A stretch of 64,000 bases of DNA from an uncultured Blautia sp. GTDB taxonomy: Bacteria; Bacillota; Clostridia; Lachnospirales; Lachnospiraceae. The DNA lies in contig CAKROW010000008.1 of the NCBI GenBank assembly GCA_934373235.1, positions 1,039 through 65,038 of the forward strand, in the 5' to 3' direction. A program made the translations under genes and the position numbers. This document shows positions 33,993 to 41,866 of the stretch, one piece after another (within the stretch, counting starts at the first letter, position 1; each line of letters begins with the position of its first letter). The notes under the pieces are model-generated. The model worked only from the letters and a program-made list of their open reading frames with translations. It had not been told where the DNA came from and did no database searches.

Positions 33993-36884
33993 TTAATTAT
34001 AAGCCGGATCTGTAGGATCGTAGTTACCGATTCCAACCAGTGGCACGATTGGCTTACGTCCTAACGGTCCCTTGAATGTTTCTCTGGAATCATAGTTTCC
34101 GTCAAAGATACGGATGGTTGCTCCGTTACAGTTATCATATACCCATTTTGCATCTGCTACGCAGACACGGATACATCCATGAGATGCCGGATTACCAAGC
34201 TTCAGATACTCTGCTGTGGAAAGATTATGATTATTCGGCTCTGCACATGCAATAGAGTGAACAAAGATTCCGCCCTGACCACATCCGTCTACATGAGTTC
34301 CATACTGTCCCCAGGATGGTCCCATCAGCGGCTGCCATCTTGCACTTCTGCTAAGACTGTATGTACCTGTCCAGGTCGGTGTTCCCGGAAGACCTACAGA
34401 TACACGGATGGTCTTAACAGGGATCTGTCTGGATGAATCTGTGTAAACTGTCATAACTCCGTTAACCCTGTCAACCTCTACATAGTACGGTCCACCGTAA
34501 ATGGAAGTGATATCATTACGTCTGTATCCGTTCTTGTCAAAGTAATACAGCTTGCCATCGATCCACATACTGGTATTTACCAGATATTTGCCCTGGTAGA
34601 GATATTTAACCTCATTGTTGTAATCATTGACGATCACCCACTCAGATTTTGTGATAAATCTTCCCTGGCTGTCAAGATATCCGTTTGCACCGTTTCTGGT
34701 GGCTGCCTGATTGGTCTGTACTACGTAATTATCCAGATAATACCAGTAGCTTCCAACCTTCTGCCAGCCTCTCTGACGAAGTACCCCGTTCTTGGATGCA
34801 AAATACCAGTTGTTATTATAACGTATCAGTGTATTCTTATAGATCCAGCCTCTTCTGGATGCTTCAGAAGATGTTGCAAAGAAATATTTCTTTCCGTCGA
34901 TGGTTGTGATACCGCTTGCAGATTTACCTTTTGCATCAAAATAATATTTATTGTTGACCCAGGTGTTCATGTAGTGGTTGCCGTTCTTGTTAAAGTAATA
35001 CCAGCCACAGTATACCCCTGATGTTGTGTATATCTTCTGCCAGCCGTATCTCTCCTCAACCTTACCCGGGGTACTTCCAAAGTAATACAGTCTGTTGGAT
35101 GCACCTTTGCAGCGGTGCCATCCGTTTGTCCAGGGTGCCCTTCTTCCGTTGGAACCAAAGTAGTATCTCTCCCCTGTCCTGCTGTTCCTGACCATCTTGC
35201 TCTTGCGGACATGGCCCTTGGCATCTGTTGCATAATAGTTGCCGTTCTCGGTCTTGGCCATTGTGTTTTTGAGGATATAGCCGTTTGCATCGATCAGGAA
35301 GGAATATTTCTTGGATTTGATCCTTGAAATATAAACACCATGTTTCAGGATCTGTCCGAACTTGGATGCTCTTGGATTACAATAGATCCATCTGGTTCCC
35401 TTGTTGCCCTGTACGCTTGTCCATCCGCCGTAGAACATCTTACCCGGAATATCATTGTCATCTGATGCCGGCTGATAGTAGTACTGATAGCTTCCAGAAC
35501 CTTTCTTTACGGTCTTGATACCTACATAAGGAACTCCATTCTTATCAAGATTATAGAAAGCACCATCGATCTTTTTATTTTTTCCGATAATGCTCTTGCC
35601 TACCTTCTCAAGATCCGGAATGGAAATGTAATAACCTTTCATTCCATAATAGCGGAAATTGCTTCCTGTCCAGAGCCAGTAGCCTCTCTTCTGCTGTCCC
35701 AGATCAGAAGTCCATGGTGTAATATTCTGTTCCTCACAGCCTGCATATAATTTAGCTGTTGAACTTTCAGCCATGTAATATTCCCGTGTGGTCTTGCCTG
35801 AATAGCCCAGGTTTCCAGGTTCCCTTGTGATACGTCCGGTAACCATGATACCTGACTCATCAAAAAGATAATATCCTGTATGGCCGTTGGTATTTACCTT
35901 GATAAGACCATCCTTGGCTGTGTAATACTTATCTGCTACTGTTCCTGCAGATGCCATGGACGGAACATCAGTGTCATCTACCTGAGTGTCTGCTGCTGCC
36001 TGCTGTGCATCAACAAGGCCCAGATTCTCTGCTTCTGCTGCATTTCCGGAATCCAACTGAATATCTGTGCTGTCTGCCCCGGTATCTCCTGACTGGATAT
36101 TTGTGCTGTCTGCCCCGGTATCTCCTGACTGGATATTTGTGCTGTCTGCCCCGGCATCTCCTGACTGGATATCTGCCGTATCAGCGGACTGTACCGCTGC
36201 TTTGGCTGAGGATGTTTTGGTCTTTGCCTTTTTCAGCATATATTTGCCGCTTACAGGTTTCCAGTCTGTTATCTTCGCAATAACAACTCCGTTTTTGTCC
36301 TTTGCCGCACCAGCCTCTGCCTCCGCTGCATCTCCCGGATCAACCACTTTATCTGTTGATGCCTTCGCAGCCTGAGGTGCGGTCAGATCCTCCGGTTCCC
36401 CTGCTGAAAACGAATCTTCCGGTGTTTCTGTAACCTGTGGTACTTCTGTGACCTGTGGTACTTCTGTGATATCCGGAGTTTCTGTGATATCTGGTGTCTC
36501 TGTAACCTCCGGTGCCTCTGTGATCTCAGGTGTCTCTGTAACCTCCGGTGTCTCTGTAACCTCCGGCGTCTCTGTAACTGCCGGATCTTCTGTCACTGCC
36601 GGATCTTCTGTTTCTGCCGGATCTTCTGTTTCTGCCGGATCTTCTGTTTCTACCGGATTTTCTGTTTCTGCCGGTGTAACTTCCGGAATGCTCTCAGTGG
36701 GATCAGATGCTGTATCTGACTGCTGATCTTCCTGAACAGCATCGCCAAATCCATCGTCCTCGCTACCTGCCGCTTCTGTCTGCACCTGCTCTGCGCTGTC
36801 GCTGAATACGGAAGCTCCGGCTTCCACTGTGCCGCCAACACATAATGTAAGGCTGAGCAGCATCGCCACAACTCTTCTCTTCAC
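33993..36884 (-). CDS. L,D-transpeptidase (YkuD domain) with cell-wall-binding repeats and N-terminal tandem-repeat acidic region
   Basis: C-terminal YkuD catalytic motif SHGCIRV. Central array of aromatic wall-binding repeats (YYF...G). Signal peptide. The N-terminal ~300 aa are built from 6-aa and 12-aa tandem repeats. Confidence 0.9.
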   Translation of the reverse strand: MKRRVVAMLLSLTLCVGGTVEAGASVFSDSAEQVQTEAAGSEDDGFGDAVQEDQQSDTASDPTESIPEVTPAETENPVETEDPAETEDPAETEDPAVTEDPAVTETPEVTETPEVTETPEITEAPEVTETPDITETPDITEVPQVTEVPQVTETPEDSFSAGEPEDLTAPQAAKASTDKVVDPGDAAEAEAGAAKDKNGVVIAKITDWKPVSGKYMLKKAKTKTSSAKAAVQSADTADIQSGDAGADSTNIQSGDTGADSTNIQSGDTGADSTDIQLDSGNAAEAENLGLVDAQQAAADTQVDDTDVPSMASAGTVADKYYTAKDGLIKVNTNGHTGYYLFDESGIMVTGRITREPGNLGYSGKTTREYYMAESSTAKLYAGCEEQNITPWTSDLGQQKRGYWLWTGSNFRYYGMKGYYISIPDLEKVGKSIIGKNKKIDGAFYNLDKNGVPYVGIKTVKKGSGSYQYYYQPASDDNDIPGKMFYGGWTSVQGNKGTRWIYCNPRASKFGQILKHGVYISRIKSKKYSFLIDANGYILKNTMAKTENGNYYATDAKGHVRKSKMVRNSRTGERYYFGSNGRRAPWTNGWHRCKGASNRLYYFGSTPGKVEERYGWQKIYTTSGVYCGWYYFNKNGNHYMNTWVNNKYYFDAKGKSASGITTIDGKKYFFATSSEASRRGWIYKNTLIRYNNNWYFASKNGVLRQRGWQKVGSYWYYLDNYVVQTNQAATRNGANGYLDSQGRFITKSEWVIVNDYNNEVKYLYQGKYLVNTSMWIDGKLYYFDKNGYRRNDITSIYGGPYYVEVDRVNGVMTVYTDSSRQIPVKTIRVSVGLPGTPTWTGTYSLSRSARWQPLMGPSWGQYGTHVDGCGQGGIFVHSIACAEPNNHNLSTAEYLKLGNPASHGCIRVCVADAKWVYDNCNGATIRIFDGNYDSRETFKGPLGRKPIVPLVGIGNYDPTDPAYN
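36058..36175. repeat. In-frame 36-nt tandem repeat (3 copies plus a partial copy) inside the L,D-transpeptidase gene
   Basis: Units at 36058-36093, 36094-36129 and 36130-36165 differ by 1-3 nt. They encode the 12-aa unit SGDTGADSTNIQ. Confidence 0.9.
36421..36680. repeat. In-frame 18-nt periodic repeat array inside the L,D-transpeptidase gene
   Basis: About 14 degenerate 18-nt units (e.g. ggatcttctgtttctgcc x3, tgtctctgtaacctccgg x3). They encode ETEDPA and (V/I)TETPE-type hexapeptides. Confidence 0.85.
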
Positions 36885-36921
36885 AATAATCCCTCCTGTA
36901 ATGATTTATGATTATTCCCTG

Positions 36922-37185
36922 TCATTCACCCAGTCCGCCTTCGATGGAATTCACAAGTGCCTCCAGAGCCTCCTGCTCATCCTCTCCCTGGCATACCAGC
37001 GTAATCTCATCTCCACGCTTAACACATGCACCCAGCACACTTAAAACACTCTTGGCATTGGCACTTCCACCATCATACTCAAAGGTGATGGAAGATTTAT
37101 ACCTGATTGCCTCATTGCACAGGATTCCTGCCGGACGAAGATGAAGTCCTGACGGGTTTGTGACCGTTACCTTACGACTGATCAT
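36922..37185 (-). CDS. HPr-family phosphocarrier protein
   Basis: MISRKVTVTNPSGLHLRPAG (His-15 motif) and NAKSVLSVLG (Ser-46 motif). ATG 37185 lies 8 nt after AAGGAG. The longer ORF to 37275 overlaps cdaR and is unlikely. Confidence 0.85.
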   Translation of the reverse strand: MISRKVTVTNPSGLHLRPAGILCNEAIRYKSSITFEYDGGSANAKSVLSVLGACVKRGDEITLVCQGEDEQEALEALVNSIEGGLGE

Positions 37186-37204
37186 ATCCATATCTCCTTG
37201 TACA

Positions 37205-38509
37205 TCAGTTATTTCCTGTTTCATCCTCCACATTGGAGACCTTGGAAACCTTGATCTCAACTGTTGCATCTTCAAGAAGCTTGTAACCTTTGGGAAGTGA
37301 TACCTTCACAGGAACTTCATAGCTTCCTTCTGTCCAGTCATCCGGAGAAATGGATGCCTTCACAGATTCCACATTAAAATCTGAAAGATCTCCGTCATTT
37401 GCCTGAACCTTCAGTTCAATCCCGGCTACCTCAAAGGCAAGCTGCAGATCATCCGGTTTTCCTTTTACTTCAATATCTTCTGTTGAAAAATCATATATTT
37501 TGCTGCCTTCCGGCAAAATATTCACTGTCACCCAAAGATCGGTGCTGGCTCCTGATGTAAGCATCAGCCCATCCGGCAGCAGTTCTGATATATCGATCTT
37601 TTTCTCCACATCATTGCTCTTTCCGGAAATATCAACATTTTCGTTGTCAAGATAAATGGTATTTCCCTGAAGCCTCAGATTCTCAAGCGCCTCATCACTT
37701 CCCGCCACACTTAAAGTCTCGGGAACTGTTGTCACACTGTCCACAACATAGCCTTCTGCCGGTTCTCCCACATATCCTGCGCTGATCTTGATATCAGAAC
37801 GTACCTTCCACAGCTTAGCTGTGACATTCACCTTACCATTGTTATCAAACTTCAGATAACTCATGGAATTGGCTGAAAGCGTATCCTGATTCTTGTCTGT
37901 AATGGTCATCTCAGCTCCTGTAACTGTAGTATCCTCAGTAATACCTTCCAGTCTTGAGCTTACATCAACACTCACACTGTCTATCTTACCAACCAGTGTC
38001 TCCGGTCCTGTAATCCTTACTTTCGCCGGACTTACCGTGAGAGATGAGATCTCATAACCCTGACCCGGCTTGCTGTCACCGCTGCTGACATTGATGGCAA
38101 ACTCCTTGGTAACCTTTTTCTCCAGGTGTATGCTCAGGTTCTGCGGTACCACCCTGATATTTTCCTGAAGGATTCCCGGACATGTGGCCATTATGGGGAT
38201 CATCACCGGATCTGTATCAATGGATTCTGCCTGCTGCAGATCTGCCACCGCCTTGATATCTGTAGATGTAAGCTTGTTCACTGTCTTGCGCTCACCGGTA
38301 ATATACACGCGGACAGAATTCTCACTGTCATCCTGCATTACCATCTTGCCAAGGCTGTCCACGTAAGCCTCATTGATCACCTGGACATCCGACACCACAA
38401 ATGATTTGGTAACAATAGGATTATCAACATTCACAACTATGAGCCATACAAGTATGCCCACGATCACCGACATAATCTTCAAAGGGATGTTCTTAAAATT
38501 TTTCTTCAT
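37205..38509 (-). CDS. cdaR: YbbR-domain protein CdaR (regulator of diadenylate cyclase CdaA)
   Basis: N-terminal TM helix followed by repeated YbbR-like beta modules. It lies immediately downstream of cdaA and overlaps it by 17 nt. Confidence 0.8.
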   Translation of the reverse strand: MKKNFKNIPLKIMSVIVGILVWLIVVNVDNPIVTKSFVVSDVQVINEAYVDSLGKMVMQDDSENSVRVYITGERKTVNKLTSTDIKAVADLQQAESIDTDPVMIPIMATCPGILQENIRVVPQNLSIHLEKKVTKEFAINVSSGDSKPGQGYEISSLTVSPAKVRITGPETLVGKIDSVSVDVSSRLEGITEDTTVTGAEMTITDKNQDTLSANSMSYLKFDNNGKVNVTAKLWKVRSDIKISAGYVGEPAEGYVVDSVTTVPETLSVAGSDEALENLRLQGNTIYLDNENVDISGKSNDVEKKIDISELLPDGLMLTSGASTDLWVTVNILPEGSKIYDFSTEDIEVKGKPDDLQLAFEVAGIELKVQANDGDLSDFNVESVKASISPDDWTEGSYEVPVKVSLPKGYKLLEDATVEIKVSKVSNVEDETGNN

Positions 38510-39380
38510 GCTTCACTCTCCCTTTCAGCAGATGCCGAAGCTTACTGTTATCAACTACTTTCTTGTTCTGAGCATTGATCAGGATCTCCCGGAGCTGCTT
38601 GGATGTCAGTCCCCTGGAAAGCGCCCCATCCTGCGCTACAGATACCTGTCCGGTCTCCTCTGAAACAATGATCGTCAGGGAATCTGTGGCCTCACTGATT
38701 CCCACTCCTGCTCTGTGTCTGGTTCCAAGCTGCTTGCTCAGTTCCATATTGTCTGAAAGAGGAAGATAACAGGTTGCTGCCACGATACGGTTTCCTCTCA
38801 CGATGACCGCACCATCATGCAGCGGTGTATTGTGTTCAAAAATATTAATAAGAAGCTGGCTTGATAAAATTCCATCCACATTGATACCGGTCCGCACATA
38901 TTCATCCAGACGGATTTCCTTCTCAATGACGATCAGGGCTCCGGTCTTCACCTCACCCATATCAAAACATGCCTTCACCAGCTCATTGATAGTCTTGTCA
39001 TTAAACCGCTCCTGCACTTCCTTGCCCGAATCAAAAGGAATAATAGTAGAAACGATCTTCTTCTGTCCCAGTTGTTCCAGAGCCTTGCGAAGCTCGGGCT
39101 GGAAAATTACGATCACGCCGATCACCAGCACATTGGCAAGATTGCGGACAATCCACAGGATCGTATTCATTTTGAAAATATATGCGACCAGGATAAAAGC
39201 AAGGACTACCAGGATGCCTTTCAGAAGAGTATATGCACGCGTAAACTTGATCCACGCCATAAACTGATACACAAAAAAGGAAATCAGTGCGATCTCGATC
39301 ACATCGATCACACCCAGTCCCGGCAGCGTAAGCTTGCCCAGATATCCTGTGAGATTTGTCAGTATGTTCTCCATAAGCAC
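38493..39380 (-). CDS. cdaA: Diadenylate cyclase CdaA (c-di-AMP synthase)
   Basis: Three N-terminal TM helices and DAC-domain motifs GALIVIE, TPLHDGAVIV, GTRHRAG, SEETG. Confidence 0.92.
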   Translation of the reverse strand: MLMENILTNLTGYLGKLTLPGLGVIDVIEIALISFFVYQFMAWIKFTRAYTLLKGILVVLAFILVAYIFKMNTILWIVRNLANVLVIGVIVIFQPELRKALEQLGQKKIVSTIIPFDSGKEVQERFNDKTINELVKACFDMGEVKTGALIVIEKEIRLDEYVRTGINVDGILSSQLLINIFEHNTPLHDGAVIVRGNRIVAATCYLPLSDNMELSKQLGTRHRAGVGISEATDSLTIIVSEETGQVSVAQDGALSRGLTSKQLREILINAQNKKVVDNSKLRHLLKGRVKHEEKF

Positions 39381-39480
39381 CCTCCTTTCCCTGATACTGC
39401 TTTTATTGTTTGTAATCTGTCAGAGCCTCTGCACTGTACAGCCCCTGAATCCGCTTTTATATTCTTCCGGATGACACAGA

Positions 39481-40638
39481 TCAGAGATCCTTAAGGGACT
39501 CCTCAAGTTTCTTCTCAAAATCGATCTTGTCTACCTCCGGAGTCTTTCTCATAGGCGGCTGCTCCGGTGCAGTCTCTTTTACTTCTTTTTTCTCTTTTAC
39601 AGATGGTGCTGTCTTTTTCTTTGCGGCATTTCTGGCAGCCCTTCTGTGTCCTGGTCCGTCAAAGCCGGAACCGATGGTAACCACATCATCCTCTGCCTTT
39701 CTGTCACCGCGGCTGCTGTCACCGTTGATCTTCTTGATGCTGCGCTCAGATGTTGTTACCGCTGCCTTGGGAACAGCTTTCACATAGTAATAATACTCAT
39801 CATCCTCATACTCCAGACGTTCTGTTCTGCTGTAATCTCCTCCGAAAACAAAAAACTCCAGAATGATTCCAACAACTACTGAGATAACTGTATACAGGAT
39901 CAGAGATACCATATCAAGCTGTACATTCAGACAGAAATCCCCTGCCAGCATCACAAGGATATAGACAACACCGCCTGCAATAATGGCGATTCTCCACGCA
40001 TAATCAAAAGCACGGGTACGGAGAAGGTTCACGATCAAAACCACGATCACAAATGCGATCACTGTGATCCACATCCCCCAGTTCTGTACCAGTCCGTCTG
40101 CGATCAGCTTCAGCTTCTGTGCTGCTTCCACATCTGCACTTCCAAGGACTGCTGACTGCTGTTTTACAAAACGGATAAAATAATAAATCACAACACCACA
40201 GCCTGCCGGAAGAGCGGAAACCGCTGTTCCCAGAAGACCGGCTCCAATAGGCAGAAGTGCCGGTACGCTGAATCCAAAAGAAAGCGGTGTCAGCACGAGC
40301 ACCACGTTCTGTGAGGAACTGAATCTCAGAAACAGGATCAGCATAAACAGAACCAGCACAAGCATAAATCCCGCCGTCTCGATCCCCACTGCATAACAGT
40401 GTCCGATCATCAGGGCAAATCCTACAAATATCATTACAGATGTGGGAAGAATAGAACAGATCAATGCCAGGATCACGATAATAAAAATATTATCCAGTTG
40501 TTTCATATATCCCATATTCGCGTTGATCCACAGAAAATAAACAAATGCAAGAACAAATTTCAGTACAGGCATAAGATAAATCTCATACTGTCCGTAAAAA
40601 TTCTTGATTTTCTGTTTGATTTCAAGTAATGCCGTCAT
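39481..40638 (-). CDS. Polytopic membrane protein of unknown function with Lys/Glu-rich cytoplasmic tail
   Basis: 385-aa ORF with about 8 hydrophobic segments, then YEDDEYYYY and a basic/acidic C-terminal ~100 aa. Its start overlaps the upstream stop (ATGA 40635-40638). Confidence 0.6.
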   Translation of the reverse strand: MTALLEIKQKIKNFYGQYEIYLMPVLKFVLAFVYFLWINANMGYMKQLDNIFIIVILALICSILPTSVMIFVGFALMIGHCYAVGIETAGFMLVLVLFMLILFLRFSSSQNVVLVLTPLSFGFSVPALLPIGAGLLGTAVSALPAGCGVVIYYFIRFVKQQSAVLGSADVEAAQKLKLIADGLVQNWGMWITVIAFVIVVLIVNLLRTRAFDYAWRIAIIAGGVVYILVMLAGDFCLNVQLDMVSLILYTVISVVVGIILEFFVFGGDYSRTERLEYEDDEYYYYVKAVPKAAVTTSERSIKKINGDSSRGDRKAEDDVVTIGSGFDGPGHRRAARNAAKKKTAPSVKEKKEVKETAPEQPPMRKTPEVDKIDFEKKLEESLKDL

Positions 40639-41069
40639 TTTCTATGTCCTCCCGCATTTCCCCGGCCAGATGCCTTTTTTCCTTCATGGCCATAGATTTT
40701 TTCCAGTCTGGTGAGATCCTGATAGTATTCCTTCACGCTCTTCTTGGCACGGTGATACTTCACAGAATACTGGATGTAAGTCAAGATTGAATATACAACA
40801 AGCACGATCACATAACCGACTACTATATAAATTCCCACAGCGATCAGATTTATCTTATTCACATTATCCATAAGATATTCGCTGAAATATGCTGCAAGCC
40901 CTGCAAGTCCCAGCACATAGCCGATCGTCACAAGAAAGAAATTTTTGATCAGTGCAAGACCGATATAGTCACTTCTGTAATACCTGCTCACCGGAAGATA
41001 ACGTCTGCCCTCACCCTTTTCATACATGGCAAGATGGCTCATTATCTTTACCTTTTCTTCGTTTAACAT
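40635..41069 (-). CDS. Small two-TM membrane protein of unknown function
   Basis: ATG 41069 lies 6 nt after AAGGAG. 144 aa with two hydrophobic helices and a basic C-terminus. The longer ORF to 41219 overlaps comFC and has no RBS. Confidence 0.55.
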   Translation of the reverse strand: MLNEEKVKIMSHLAMYEKGEGRRYLPVSRYYRSDYIGLALIKNFFLVTIGYVLGLAGLAAYFSEYLMDNVNKINLIAVGIYIVVGYVIVLVVYSILTYIQYSVKYHRAKKSVKEYYQDLTRLEKIYGHEGKKASGRGNAGGHRK

Positions 41070-41111
41070 AGGCAACTCCTTATAAGCTTTTACAAAATTA
41101 CAAGCAAATCT

Positions 41112-41140
41112 ATTGTAGCATATATCAATACCTATGAAAA
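41112..41140 (-). promoter_or_regulatory. Candidate promoter for the membrane-protein/cdaA-cdaR/HPr gene string
   Basis: On the minus strand: TTTTCA (41140-41135), 17-nt spacer, TGcTACAAT extended -10 (TACAAT = 41117-41112). Confidence 0.5.
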
Positions 41141-41155
41141 GCACTTTTTGGTTGT

Positions 41156-41866
41156 TCAGTCCCCTCCCATACATACCGTAAGAAAGTATATTTCCGCTGC
41201 TCCGGCATCCATAAGACACATTGCCATGGCATCCATGGTGCTTCCTGTAGTGTACACATCGTCCACCACCAGTATCCGTTTTCCCTCCAGATTTTCCGTG
41301 ACCTGAAAAGCCCTTTTCAGATTTCTTCTCCGTGCATCTCTGTCCAGTTTTTTCTGTGATCTTGTATTTTTAATCTTTCTGACGGTCTGTCCGCTCCAGG
41401 GGATACCTGTGTTCCTGCTGACACCACAGGCAATATATTCTGCCTGGTTAAATCCCCTCATCCGCTTTTTTCTCGGATGGAGAGGCACCGGCACGATCAG
41501 ATCCGGCTTCCACCGTTCCAGCTCCTTTCTGCCGTAAATGCTAAGTGCCCTGGCATAAAAATCACCGTATTCCCTGCATCCGTAATACTTGAATCTTACA
41601 ATGGAACGCCTCCATTTTCCGCTGTAGAGAAAGATTCCCCTTCCCTCAGTGAAAACATGTTTTCCTTTTCTGCACTCTTTACAGTACTCTTCCTCCTCTT
41701 TTACAGGTTTTCCGCATTTCATGCATCTGGCTCCTGTAAAAGGCTTCACCTCCCGGCTGCACTCCCGGCACACCAGGCTGTTCTCTGTCTTTCTCAGTAT
41801 CTCATGACAGAGAGGACATCTCTGTGGATACAGCATATCCAGAAACAGTTCTGCTATTTTGTTCAA
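41156..41866 (-). CDS. comFC: ComF family protein (ComFC-like phosphoribosyltransferase-fold protein with N-terminal zinc fingers)
   Basis: CPLCHE..CRECS and CMKCG..CKEC cysteine pairs, PRTase motif ILVVDDVYTTGST. The TTG start overlaps the recD2 stop (TTGA 41863-41866); the alternative ATG is at 41836. Confidence 0.8.
   Translation of the reverse strand: MNKIAELFLDMLYPQRCPLCHEILRKTENSLVCRECSREVKPFTGARCMKCGKPVKEEEEYCKECRKGKHVFTEGRGIFLYSGKWRRSIVRFKYYGCREYGDFYARALSIYGRKELERWKPDLIVPVPLHPRKKRMRGFNQAEYIACGVSRNTGIPWSGQTVRKIKNTRSQKKLDRDARRRNLKRAFQVTENLEGKRILVVDDVYTTGSTMDAMAMCLMDAGAAEIYFLTVCMGGD

Noticed and set aside
36058-36680. Whether the tandem repeats form a CRISPR array or a non-coding satellite.
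   Set aside because: The repeats are contiguous with no unique spacers. Their periods (36 and 18 nt) are multiples of three, and they lie in frame within a long ORF with a signal peptide and a YkuD domain. No cas genes are present in the window.
36922-37275. N-terminal extensions in the ORF track for the HPr gene (to 37275), the two-TM protein (to 41219), hemW (to 49637), glpK (to 60958), the lipoprotein (to 49944) and mreB (to 45290).
   Set aside because: In each case the extension overlaps the upstream gene or lacks an RBS. An internal start has a well-spaced AGGAGG-type RBS and restores the canonical family N-terminus.
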